Source of the DNA: Candidatus Saccharicenans sp.
Lineage (GTDB): Bacteria > Acidobacteriota > Aminicenantia > Aminicenantales > Saccharicenantaceae
Direction: 5' to 3'
NCBI GenBank assembly: GCA_026414545.1
Contig: JAOAIU010000007.1
Location: forward strand, 39,261-103,260
Length of the DNA: 64,000 nucleotides
Numbering within the stretch: position 1 is the stretch's first letter; each line of letters opens with the position of its first letter. The notes under the pieces are model-generated. The model saw nothing but the letters and a program-made list of their open reading frames with translations. It ran no database searches and was not told the DNA's origin. Shown piece by piece: positions 40,351 to 48,992 of this stretch. Position numbers and translations under genes: made by a program.

Positions 40351-41466
40351 TCAGAGCTTCTCAGCAACGGCCAGGGCCACGTCCAGCGTTTTGGCCGAAC
40401 CTCCAAGGTCATAGGTTCTGACTTTACCTTCCTTTATCACCTCGGCAATGGCCTGTTCCAGGACTGTTGCCCTGTTGGTCTCACCCAGCCAGTCCAGCAT
40501 CATCTTGGCTGCCAGCAGGGTGGCGATGGGATTTACCTTGTACAGGCCAGTGTACTTGGGCGCTGAACCATGAGTGGGTTCGAAGACGGCATACTTATCG
40601 CCGATATTCCCGGCACAGGCAAAACCCAGTCCCCCGACCAGCTGGGCCCCGAGGTCGGAAATGATGTCGCCGAATAGATTCTCGGCCACCAGCACGTCAT
40701 AATCGTGAGGATTCTTCAGCAACCACATGCACATGGCATCTACGTTGGCTTCGTAGAACTTGATGTCGGGGAACTCGGTCGCTACCTGGCGAGCTACCCT
40801 CAGCATCAGGCCTCCGGTCTCTCGCAGGACGTTGGGTTTTTCTACCAGGGTAACTGATTTACGGTTATACTTCCGGGCATATTCAAATGCGGCCCGGACG
40901 ATACGTTCGCAGCCCTTCCTGGTCATGATCCGGGTAGAGACGGCTATTTCATCCGCCGGGACATCCTTGAAATCCTTCATCTTGGGGTGGAGCATAAAAG
41001 CTTCCCTGACCTTATCGGGCAGCGGATAGAATTCTACCCCGGCATAGCTGCCCTCGGTATTCTCCCTGAAAATCACCAGGTCTATGCCTTCTTTATAATT
41101 CAGCGGGTTGCCTGGATAAGCTTTACAGGGCCTGAGGTTGATATAGAGGTCAAACAGCTGCCGCAACTTCACGATCGGGCTGACATATGACAGACCCTTC
41201 CCCCGTAGTTCCGGAGCCAGCTCGGCAGCGGCATCTTCCTTGGGCTTGGAGGTGATAGCTCCGAACAGGCAGGCATCGGTTTCCTTCAAGAGCTTGATGG
41301 TCCTGTCAGGGAGAGCATTCCCCTCCTTGCACCAGAACTCCCAGCCGATGTCTCCATAGATATACTCGGCGTCCAGGTTCAGCCGCTCCAGGACAATCAT
41401 GGCCGCTTCAATCACTTCCTTGCCGATCCCGTCGCCGGGCAAAATAGCCAGTCGATACTTTGCCAT
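40351..41466 (-). CDS. Isocitrate/3-isopropylmalate dehydrogenase family protein
   Basis: LAILPGDGIGKEV, FRENTEG and NLFGDIISDLGAQLVGGLG motifs. The specific substrate (isocitrate, IPM or homoisocitrate) cannot be assigned from sequence alone. Confidence 0.8.
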   Translation of the reverse strand: MAKYRLAILPGDGIGKEVIEAAMIVLERLNLDAEYIYGDIGWEFWCKEGNALPDRTIKLLKETDACLFGAITSKPKEDAAAELAPELRGKGLSYVSPIVKLRQLFDLYINLRPCKAYPGNPLNYKEGIDLVIFRENTEGSYAGVEFYPLPDKVREAFMLHPKMKDFKDVPADEIAVSTRIMTRKGCERIVRAAFEYARKYNRKSVTLVEKPNVLRETGGLMLRVARQVATEFPDIKFYEANVDAMCMWLLKNPHDYDVLVAENLFGDIISDLGAQLVGGLGFACAGNIGDKYAVFEPTHGSAPKYTGLYKVNPIATLLAAKMMLDWLGETNRATVLEQAIAEVIKEGKVRTYDLGGSAKTLDVALAVAEKL

Positions 41467-41607
41467 TATGGTTCTCCTTCTGGAATTTTTGTTGGTTGAG
41501 GTTGGTATTATGCCTGAAAATTAGCTTTTCTGTCAATCAACTCTGGAAACAGCTCCTGGCAGCCAGTCCGGTAATGGTTCCATTTCTCCAGAAATGGGAA
41601 AAGCCGC

Positions 41608-41637
41608 AAAAAAAGGGCTCCCCGCAGGAAGCCCTTT
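41608..41637 (-). terminator. Rho-independent terminator after the ECF module (8-bp GC-rich stem + U7)
   Basis: Minus-strand reading: AAAGGGCT-tcctgcgggg-AGCCCTTT followed by TTTTTTT. Stem 41612-41619 / 41630-41637. A-run 41608-41614 on the plus strand. Lies 24 nt downstream of the 41661-42047 gene. Confidence 0.55.
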
Positions 41638-41660
41638 CCCGTAACCTCGACCGAATTCAG

Positions 41661-42047
41661 CTATTCCAGCCAGACCTTTACCGTCTCCTCTTCCTCGTTG
41701 ACTTCGATGATGGCCAGCGGCCCGACTTTCTTGAGTTCGGCCAGCAATTCCGGCAGGTTCAGGCTGCAGCCATCGCGCCCCAGCTTGACTTCCTTGTTGT
41801 CAGCACAGCGGGCGAAGATCTCCACCAGGGTGAGGGGCATAGTAATCTTGACTTTTTCTTTACCGGTCTTGGTATCTGTCACCAGCACTTTGAACCATTT
41901 AACTTCCTTGGCCGTCTCAACTTTTGAGTTCTCCTGGACTGCTTTCTTGATCACCTGATAATCGTCCTTATCACCAGCCGGAAACAGGCTGGAACTCAGA
42001 AACAACAACCCCAGAAGCATCACCGTGATCACGACTGCTTTTTTCAT
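41661..42047 (-). CDS. Secreted protein (128 aa) with conserved C-terminal W-L-E domain; paralogue of 42076-42933 and 44348-44755 genes
   Basis: ATG with an AAGGAG SD. Signal peptide. C-terminal FKVLVTD...ITMPLTLVEIF...NLPELLAELKK...IIEVNEEEETVKVWLE aligns with the C-termini of the two other secreted proteins in the operon. Confidence 0.5.
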   Translation of the reverse strand: MKKAVVITVMLLGLLFLSSSLFPAGDKDDYQVIKKAVQENSKVETAKEVKWFKVLVTDTKTGKEKVKITMPLTLVEIFARCADNKEVKLGRDGCSLNLPELLAELKKVGPLAIIEVNEEEETVKVWLE

Positions 42048-42075
42048 TTTGTTTCTCCTTTTCTCTGACTTTTAT

Positions 42076-42933
42076 CTATTCAATCCAGATTTCGATGATG
42101 TTGCCATCTTCTTCTATCCGGACGAGTTTCTCTTTAGCCCGGGCCAGGTCGGAAATGATGCGGTCGAGGTCATAGCCTTTTTCTTTTATCTTTGCTTTTT
42201 CCTCTTCGGAAATGGCCTGGATGGCCAGGTCGGCCAGGGCCAGGGGTAAGTTCATTGACAGGCTGGGAACCTTCTTCCCCTTTTCATAGACCCTGATTTT
42301 CAGCAAACGCAAGCCTTCCCTTGCCGGCCGGTCGGGAACATCTTTCAGGGCCCGCGGGGAAATCCTGAGGATGGCAATCCTGGCCCGGTCCACCAGTTCC
42401 TGATCCTTTTCTGTTTCTATCAATTTGAGCAGCACTGGCAGGGCCTGGCCGGCCAGGTCCTTATCTTTAAGGTAACTCATCTTCATTGCTGCATAGTACC
42501 TGATGACCCGGTTGGGACTGGATAGCCTGTCCTGAAGCAACCGGCTGTATTCCTTCTGACCCTGGCTGAAAAGACAGAAGGCCAGGTCGATGATGGCTAT
42601 CTCGGCCTCTTCCACCAAGCCCTGGGGGCGATCCGGTCTCTTCAGGAAAGCTTCGAAGGAACCCAGGGCTGCCTTTTCCTTTCCACTCTGCTCTGACTGG
42701 CACTTGCCGAGATAAAACAGGGCCTGGGAATAATAGCCGCTCTTCGGGTGGTTATTGACCAGGACCGCCAGTTTCTTCTCGGCCTCAGACCAGTTCTTGT
42801 CAAATATCAAGAGTTTGGCTTCCTGTAGCAGCTTCTCGTCTTCGCCAATTCTGGCCTGTCCGAGTATGGGCAGCCCGCCCTCAAGAGTCAGAAGCAGCGC
42901 TATTATTAATATCGTTTTTCCTTTTATTTTCAC
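42076..42933 (-). CDS. Secreted helical-repeat (TPR/HEAT-like) protein (285 aa) with conserved C-terminal W-I-E domain
   Basis: GTG start 1 nt after the anti-sigma stop. Signal peptide. Helical repeat region (YYSQALFYLGKCQ..., RYYAAMKMSYL...). C-terminal LKIRVYEKGKK...SMNLPLALADLAI...DLDRIISDLARAKEKLVRIEEDGNIIEIWIE. Confidence 0.5.
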   Translation of the reverse strand: MKIKGKTILIIALLLTLEGGLPILGQARIGEDEKLLQEAKLLIFDKNWSEAEKKLAVLVNNHPKSGYYSQALFYLGKCQSEQSGKEKAALGSFEAFLKRPDRPQGLVEEAEIAIIDLAFCLFSQGQKEYSRLLQDRLSSPNRVIRYYAAMKMSYLKDKDLAGQALPVLLKLIETEKDQELVDRARIAILRISPRALKDVPDRPAREGLRLLKIRVYEKGKKVPSLSMNLPLALADLAIQAISEEEKAKIKEKGYDLDRIISDLARAKEKLVRIEEDGNIIEIWIE

Positions 42934-42934
42934 T

Positions 42935-43726
42935 TCAAACCTCGCCTTGCTGGAGTTCTTTTTTGACCAGGTTTATTTTAAGCAGGAGTTGCTTTTCTTC
43001 GACTAACTCCCGGACCTTTTGCAGTTCCCCTGCTGACAGCTCCGGGCTCAACTGGCTGAGCTCCAGGAACAACAGCTCAATCTGGTCGCAGATAGCCCGA
43101 GCCTTCATCAACCGCCAGTCATCGAGCTGGTTATTCAGGTATTTTTTTTCGGTCAGGAGCTGCCGGATCTTTTCCTGGTGGATAAAACCCGATTCCCCCG
43201 GCTTACTGTTCTGAAGAAGGTCGAGCAGAAGATACTGACTACGTTCCAGGTAATCTATAGTCTCCCGGCGGGCCAGGGCTACATCCACCCGCTCCACCAG
43301 GTCTGCCGGCCAGGTTAGCCCTGCTTCCTGGCGGGGTATCAAGGCTCCGGGTTTCTGGGGCTTGAGGAGCATAAAAGTCAGGGCCCCGCCCAGCAGCAAT
43401 CCCAGGAAAAGCCCGGCCGCCACCGGCTGCCATTTCCAGGCCCGCCAGCGTGAGGGAGAAACAGCTGGCATTTTCTGTTCTTTCTGTTGCCACACTTTTT
43501 CGGTTATTTCCCCGGGGAGCGACTCCCAGTCTACCGTGGCCATAACCTCTTCAATTTCTTTTTTGAAGCCTGCGGCCAGCGAGATTATTTTTCGGGTTTC
43601 TTCCAGCTCAGTCCGGCAGCCGGGGCAAACTCGCAGGTGGGCAACGATTTCTTCTTCCTTTCCAGGAGGAAGCTGACCAGCAATAAATGCCGGCCACTCT
43701 TTTTTATATTTACTGCAGACCTTCAT
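42935..43726 (-). CDS. Anti-sigma factor, zf-HC2 type, single-pass membrane protein with periplasmic coiled-coil domain
   Basis: N-terminal HLRVCPGCRTEL Zn-finger (HxxxCxxC). TM segment VAAGLFLGLLLGGALTFMLL. Overlaps the ECF sigma gene by 4 nt. Confidence 0.7.
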   Translation of the reverse strand: MKVCSKYKKEWPAFIAGQLPPGKEEEIVAHLRVCPGCRTELEETRKIISLAAGFKKEIEEVMATVDWESLPGEITEKVWQQKEQKMPAVSPSRWRAWKWQPVAAGLFLGLLLGGALTFMLLKPQKPGALIPRQEAGLTWPADLVERVDVALARRETIDYLERSQYLLLDLLQNSKPGESGFIHQEKIRQLLTEKKYLNNQLDDWRLMKARAICDQIELLFLELSQLSPELSAGELQKVRELVEEKQLLLKINLVKKELQQGEV

Positions 43727-44301
43727 CGGTCACCTCTCAGGCTGGGGGACAGAGTCTTTCTCAGCTTGTTGATAGCCTTAAAGTGAAGGGATTTGACCGT
43801 GCCCAAAGCAATTCCCAGACGATCGGCTATCTCCTCGTACTTCAGTTCATCATAATGATGCAGGACAAACACCAGCCTCTGTTTTTCGGGCAGGGCCTGG
43901 ACCGCCCGGTAGACCAGTTCCCTCGTCTGAAACCGGTCCGGGTCTTCCCGTCCGACCGCCAGGTCAGCCCGGTCCAGGTTCAAGCCATCCAGGCTACTCT
44001 TTTTCCTGGTTTTGTTGCGCCGTAGAAAATCGATGCTCAGGTTCCTGGCAATCTGCATCAACCAGGCCTGGAAACTTTCACCGGCACGGTAGCTTTGAAT
44101 TTTTTCATACAGCCGGAGGAAAACTTCCTGGACCAGGTCCAGAGCATCTTCCCTGTCCCGGACCATGGAGTAGGCCAGGATGAAGACCTTCTGTTGATAG
44201 GCAGCCACGATTTTCATGAAAGCTTCCCGGTCTCCATTTTTAATCCGGTCAACCAGATATTCAACCTGCGGTTGAACTGTCCGACCATTTTTCTGTTCCA
44301 T
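43723..44301 (-). CDS. ECF-subfamily RNA polymerase sigma-70 factor
   Basis: Region 2 (FMKIVAAYQQKVFILAYSMVRDREDALDLVQEVFLRLY) and region 4 (LPEKQRLVFVLHHYDELKYEEIADRLGIALGTVKSLHFKAINKLRK). Confidence 0.85.
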   Translation of the reverse strand: MEQKNGRTVQPQVEYLVDRIKNGDREAFMKIVAAYQQKVFILAYSMVRDREDALDLVQEVFLRLYEKIQSYRAGESFQAWLMQIARNLSIDFLRRNKTRKKSSLDGLNLDRADLAVGREDPDRFQTRELVYRAVQALPEKQRLVFVLHHYDELKYEEIADRLGIALGTVKSLHFKAINKLRKTLSPSLRGDR

Positions 44302-44347
44302 CCTCTGACTCTGTCCCCGGTTGTGGCCTCTCGTCCATAGTATATTC

Positions 44348-44755
44348 TTATTCCAGCCATAAAAGCACCCTTTCCCGGTCGGTCATGACCTCGGCCAGAA
44401 ACCCCGGCGGCATCTCACCGACCGCCCGGCCGAATCCGTTCATATCAAATTCAAAATCCTGGTCGTGCGGACGGGCCGCGTTTGCGTCTTCAGGCTTCAA
44501 TCCCTTTTTGATCAACCAGAAGGGCAGGGAAATCCTGAGGAGTTGGGCCTGGTTAGGGTCGTAGACCAGCATTTTCAGGCGATGTGGGCGGTCCGAAGAC
44601 GAAGAATGGAGGGATAATTGCATAACCCGATGTCTGGTGTTCTGCCATTCAAGATCAGCTTGACTTTCTGTTTTTTCCACCGCCACCACCAGACAGGAAG
44701 ACAGGGTCAACAGGATGGCGGTTATGATCAGCGGGGCCTTCAATCCAGATAGCAT
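44348..44755 (-). CDS. Putative lipoprotein (135 aa) with conserved C-terminal W-L-E domain; first gene of the ECF module
   Basis: Start reassigned to the ATG at 44753-44755, which has a perfect AAGGAG SD 6 nt upstream. The track GTG start at 44782 would translate the SD itself. Lipobox-like LTLSSC. C-terminal LKMLVYDPNQ...ISLPFWLIK...FLAEVMTDRERVLLWLE. Confidence 0.5.
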   Translation of the reverse strand: MLSGLKAPLIITAILLTLSSCLVVAVEKTESQADLEWQNTRHRVMQLSLHSSSSDRPHRLKMLVYDPNQAQLLRISLPFWLIKKGLKPEDANAARPHDQDFEFDMNGFGRAVGEMPPGFLAEVMTDRERVLLWLE

Positions 44756-44786
44756 CTTGCTCTCCTTTTTTCTGGTTATCACCAGA

Positions 44787-44816
44787 AATTACGGAGAACA
44801 GGAACCGAAGGTTTAC
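44787..44816 (-). promoter_or_regulatory. Candidate ECF-type promoter (GTAAACC-N16-CGTAAT) driving the ECF module
   Basis: Minus-strand -35 GTAAACC (plus 44810-44816), 16-nt spacer, -10 CGTAAT (plus 44788-44793). The predicted TSS is about 25 nt upstream of the lipoprotein ATG. It fits the AAC-N16-CGT architecture common to ECF sigma promoters. Confidence 0.4.
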
Positions 44817-44853
44817 CCGCCGGAAGATTTTTAATTTTAAGAAGCAGACCTAT

Positions 44854-44874
44854 CCCCTATAAAGGGTATAGGGG
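44854..44874 (-). terminator. Perfect 8-bp inverted repeat CCCCTATA-aaggg-TATAGGGG; likely terminator/insulator between RRM gene and ECF module
   Basis: Hairpin 33 nt downstream of the RRM gene stop (minus strand), followed by an AT-rich tract (ttcttaaaattaaaaatctt). It lies just upstream of the ECF promoter. Confidence 0.35.
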
Positions 44875-44906
44875 GTAGTTGAAGCCCGTTCCGGCCTGGA
44901 AATCTA

Positions 44907-45209
44907 TCAGAATTTACGGAAATTTCTTCTCTGTTGTGGCCCGGAACCGAACCGGCGTTCACCGCCGCTTTTCTTCTCGCCCTTCGGTCTGGCGTCATTG
45001 ACTATGATCTTGCGGCCGTCAAACTCGGTCCCGTTGAGCTTGTCCTTAGCTTCCTGGGCGCCTTCTTCGGTTGACATTTCCACAAAGCCAAAGCCCCGAC
45101 CCTGCAGGATGTTAACTGAGGTAACTTCTCCGTACTGAGAAAATAATTCCTTCAGTCTGTCCTCGGTGGTCTTGTAATTTAAGTTACCCACATAAAGCTT
45201 TAAAGACAT
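44907..45209 (-). CDS. RRM-type RNA-binding protein (glycine/arginine-rich tail)
   Basis: Start at the ATG at 45207-45209 with a GGAGG SD. RNP2 LYVGNL and RNP1 RGFGFVEM. C-terminal RGG-like tail. The track ORF carries a spurious N-terminal extension. Confidence 0.8.
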   Translation of the reverse strand: MSLKLYVGNLNYKTTEDRLKELFSQYGEVTSVNILQGRGFGFVEMSTEEGAQEAKDKLNGTEFDGRKIIVNDARPKGEKKSGGERRFGSGPQQRRNFRKF

Positions 45210-45332
45210 AAAAAAAACCTCCTCGACCTCTCCATATCGGATGCCCCCTGAAAGGAAGGAACAACTCGATTGAAAAGGCAGAATTAATGATGCCACATCA
45301 AAAAGCCAAAATCAATAAAAATTTTTTGAAGG

Positions 45333-47132
45333 TCAGGTAGGAGGATGCAGGCGCTTCTTGAACCAGACCCGGAGCCGCTCCATCTTCTCCCGCTGACCGG
45401 CCGGGGCCCGTCGCCGGCAGGTCGACATTTCCTCTGAATCCGGCCTGGCCCCCCAGCGGATTTCGGGGCAATCATTGGGGTTATATCCCATTTCAAAGGC
45501 TTCTTTTCTTCTTAAGATTTCTTCCAGGGTCAGAACCTGCAGCCGTCCGTCGGACCTGGGGTAGGAAATATACAGGCTGCTGGCCAGCTCTGCCGATAGC
45601 TTCTGCAGCCTGACCCGAATCTCTCCGGGCTTTTCTGAGTTTTTTGTGCGGTACATTTCCGGATGAGCAGCGACTTTATCCGGAAATTCCTCGATGGTAT
45701 CCATGGCAATCAACAACCGCAAATCGCGATTGGGGGTGGAAAAATCTTCCCAGGGCCCCGAAGCCAGAAAGACGCCTGCCCCGGAGGGCATAGGTATTAC
45801 CTGCCCAGGATGAGCCCTCATGTATTTTTCTCCATTCTCCACCGATTCCACCCTGACCAGGAGTTGCTCGTAAAGAGCCTGGAATAACTCCCTGAGGGCT
45901 GTCTCCGGGTCCAGGGGACGGGGGTTGATGAGTCTTTCCATACGGTCATAAAAAAGTTCAGGCTCCAGGTTTCGCTGTTGGAGAGAGTAATTTCCGTAAT
46001 CCGGGCTTTCCTGAATTTCCCGGTTTGACAGCAACCTCAGCCGACCCTGAGACCTGACAACCGGCCTGAAGGCCTTAAAACCTGGTTCTCCCACCACTTC
46101 GGAGGTGGCAAACAGAAAATTACCTTTCCAGAACCGTTTTAACCCCACCGTTCCGTCGGGCTGAGCATCCACCGCCAGCAGGACGCCTGGCCTGGAGTCG
46201 GTCTGCGGTTCCCAGCGGACGATAACCAGCGTGTGACCATAAGGGTCGGCATAAACCGTTCCCGGCCTGAGCGCTTCCCGCGAAAGGGGCAGAGGATAAT
46301 AATCCGAGTTCTCCTGGTCGAGAGCCATCCGGCCCGTTCCGGAGTGCACCGCGTTCATCACCATCCGCATCAGCCGTCCAAATTTTTCGGTCTCGGTCCC
46401 CTCGCCGGCTGGCAGCTCGTTGTGGAACCATCGACCGGGATTCGGTGGAGTAACTAGCGACCCGCGCGAACACTCGTGGAAACCAAAGGGAAGCCTCATC
46501 TTCCAGGAAAAGTAAGCCCTGAGAAAAAATGGATTATCAGCGCAATCCGGCCTGAGTTTCAATAGGCCATCCTCATTCTGCCCGAGATGGTCATGAAGGA
46601 AGTTATGACCAGGCCGGTTGAGGACCGAATTCAAGTCCGGCCAGGAGTCTTTTTCGCTGGCCTCATGGAACAGGGCATCCAGCCAGGCTGAAAACAGATT
46701 CTCCTGATTCCTGTCCCAATCCTCTTCTGACTTCCAGAAAAAGTTCGTTCTGACCAGGGCCGGCCGCTCGGCTTCCACCAGAACCACCCTTGATTCAAGG
46801 GTTTTTCCACCCTGAAGTATTTCAAGCCGGTACTGTCCCGGCTGGCGAATCTGTCCCTCCCACCAGAACCAGAATGGAGGGCCGCCTCCTTTCTTCCTGA
46901 GCTCCAGTTTCAGTTTTTCCCCTTCCTCCCTGCGAAATTTGACCTCTATCCGGCCTGCCACCGATTCCTCCTCTGTTACCACTAGCAAGCGGAACCCGGA
47001 ATCCGGACTCAGGCGAGCCGGAGAAATTAGAACACTTAGCTTCGGCTCGGCCACCCCGGCTCCGATGAGCTGGCCAGAAATTAACCACAGCAGACAGCCG
47101 GTCAGCCAGAAAAATTGGCCAATTCTTTTCAT
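45333..47132 (-). CDS. Secreted hypothetical protein (599 aa), no recognisable domain
   Basis: Signal peptide, long ORF with typical codon usage, divergent from sppA. No family-level motif could be assigned by inspection. Confidence 0.5.
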   Translation of the reverse strand: MKRIGQFFWLTGCLLWLISGQLIGAGVAEPKLSVLISPARLSPDSGFRLLVVTEEESVAGRIEVKFRREEGEKLKLELRKKGGGPPFWFWWEGQIRQPGQYRLEILQGGKTLESRVVLVEAERPALVRTNFFWKSEEDWDRNQENLFSAWLDALFHEASEKDSWPDLNSVLNRPGHNFLHDHLGQNEDGLLKLRPDCADNPFFLRAYFSWKMRLPFGFHECSRGSLVTPPNPGRWFHNELPAGEGTETEKFGRLMRMVMNAVHSGTGRMALDQENSDYYPLPLSREALRPGTVYADPYGHTLVIVRWEPQTDSRPGVLLAVDAQPDGTVGLKRFWKGNFLFATSEVVGEPGFKAFRPVVRSQGRLRLLSNREIQESPDYGNYSLQQRNLEPELFYDRMERLINPRPLDPETALRELFQALYEQLLVRVESVENGEKYMRAHPGQVIPMPSGAGVFLASGPWEDFSTPNRDLRLLIAMDTIEEFPDKVAAHPEMYRTKNSEKPGEIRVRLQKLSAELASSLYISYPRSDGRLQVLTLEEILRRKEAFEMGYNPNDCPEIRWGARPDSEEMSTCRRRAPAGQREKMERLRVWFKKRLHPPT

Positions 47133-47241
47133 GGGGACAACCAGATTTCAGGTTATTTTGATTCAACCCTCCCGTTTTGTCAAACCAGCCAGCTTTTATT
47201 TCCAGCAGTTCCTGAAGTAAAATAACCGGGCAGGAGGTCAA

Positions 47242-48954
47242 ATGAAAAAGCGAGTTCTCTGGATATTGCTTATTGTCTTCTTCTTCATATTGATAATCGC
47301 TCTGGGGCTTTCTTATTTCTTTTACAAAATAGGGCCGAAAGAAGCTGTCGTGGCCGGGAATTCTTACCTGGAAATAAAGCTGGAAGGAAGGCTCGATGAT
47401 TATTCTCCGTCCATTCCCTTCCTAGAATTCTTCCCGGAAAGAACCCTTTCCCTTTTTGACATCTGGATGAACCTGCGCAAGGCAGCCAGGGATTCCAGGA
47501 TTAAAGCCGTAGTCATAAAATTCGGGATGCTGGAAGCTGACTGGGCCAAGATGGAAGAGTTGCGGCAATCAGTCCTGGCTTTCAGAGAATCGGGCAAGCC
47601 GGTTATCGCCTATTTTGAAGAATCTCCCGAGGCCGACAAAGAATACTACCTGGCTACCGCCTGCAACCGGATTGTCCTGCACCCCCTGGGCTGGCTGGGA
47701 ATCAATGGCCTGTCCGCCTACGTTCCCTTTTTCAAGGGGGCGCTGGACCGCCTGGGGATCAGGGCCGAGTTCGAACACATCGAGGAATACAAGACTGCCT
47801 ATAACCAGTTTACCGAAACCGGCTTCACCCCAGCTCACCGGGAAATGCTGCTTTCGATATATGAAGATATCTTCAATTATTATCTGAAGGAAATCGCTTC
47901 CGCCCGGCAAAAGACACCAGAAGAGATGCGGCAGCTGATTGATAAGGGATACTTCAACGGCCAGGAAGCAGTGGCCAGCGGCCTGGTGGATGAGCTGGCT
48001 TACGAGGACCAGCTCTTCCAGAAAAGCGGACTGGAAAAATACCGGGAACTTACACGCATCACCAATGAGAAATACGCCAGCGTCAGGCCGGAAGGGCTGG
48101 GGTTGAACCTGGGCCGGAAGGTAGCCCTGATTTTTGCCAGCGGGACAATTCTCAGCGGTTCGGCCGAACAGGTGGCCCTGGGCAGCGAGACCTTTAGCCG
48201 CTGGTTGCGAGCCGCGGTCAAAGACAGGTCCATCGAAGCCATTATCGTCCGGGTGGACAGTCCCGGCGGTTCGGCCGTAGGTTCCGACATCATCTGGCAT
48301 GAACTGGTCAAGGCCCGGAGTGAAAAACCGGTGATAATCTCCATGTCCGGCCTGGCCGGTTCTGGCGGCTACTGGCTGTCTCTCGGCGGGCACAGGATCA
48401 TCGCCCAGCCCCAGACCCTGACCGGTTCCATCGGGGTGATAGCCGGCAAGTTCAGCTTCGAAGGCCTGATGAAGAAATTGGGGCTTACCGCCGACCGGCT
48501 GGTAATTGGAAAGAACGCCGATGCGTTATCCGTTTACCGGAGCTTTACTCCCGAGGAAAGGAAGATTTTGAGGGAAGAAATCAGTTATATTTATGACCAG
48601 TTCCTGGAGCGAGTGGCTACAGCCCGCAACCTTCCCCTGGAAGAAGTGGAACGGCTGGGCCGGGGGCGGGTCTGGACCGGACGTCAGGCTAAAGACTTGA
48701 AATTGGTTGACGACCTGGGAGGCCTGTTCCAGGCCATGGAGTCTGCCCGGCAGCTGGCCGGGATTCCCCCGGAAACCGAACTCAGGCTGGTGGTCTGGCC
48801 AGCCAGGCGCAGCCTGTGGGATATCATCCTGGGCAGAAAAACGGAACTGGCCCGGACTGGGTCAACGAACGAGCTGCTGTCCCGCGCCCGGGAAATGCTG
48901 GAAATATTTTCGCGGGCCAGGATCTGGACCATGATGCCTTTCTGGGTGTATTGA
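47242..48954 (+). CDS. sppA: Signal peptide peptidase SppA, 67K type (tandem S49 domains)
   Basis: N-terminal TM. Two ClpP/crotonase-like S49 modules, including SGGYW...GSIGV. AGGAGG RBS. Confidence 0.85.
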   Translation: MKKRVLWILLIVFFFILIIALGLSYFFYKIGPKEAVVAGNSYLEIKLEGRLDDYSPSIPFLEFFPERTLSLFDIWMNLRKAARDSRIKAVVIKFGMLEADWAKMEELRQSVLAFRESGKPVIAYFEESPEADKEYYLATACNRIVLHPLGWLGINGLSAYVPFFKGALDRLGIRAEFEHIEEYKTAYNQFTETGFTPAHREMLLSIYEDIFNYYLKEIASARQKTPEEMRQLIDKGYFNGQEAVASGLVDELAYEDQLFQKSGLEKYRELTRITNEKYASVRPEGLGLNLGRKVALIFASGTILSGSAEQVALGSETFSRWLRAAVKDRSIEAIIVRVDSPGGSAVGSDIIWHELVKARSEKPVIISMSGLAGSGGYWLSLGGHRIIAQPQTLTGSIGVIAGKFSFEGLMKKLGLTADRLVIGKNADALSVYRSFTPEERKILREEISYIYDQFLERVATARNLPLEEVERLGRGRVWTGRQAKDLKLVDDLGGLFQAMESARQLAGIPPETELRLVVWPARRSLWDIILGRKTELARTGSTNELLSRAREMLEIFSRARIWTMMPFWVY

Positions 48955-48992
48955 ATGAAGACATAATCCCGGATGGCGGGAAACTGACTGGA

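Noticed and set aside
47569-48393. 274-aa minus-strand ORF inside sppA
   Set aside because: Antisense to the SppA S49 domains. No motifs.
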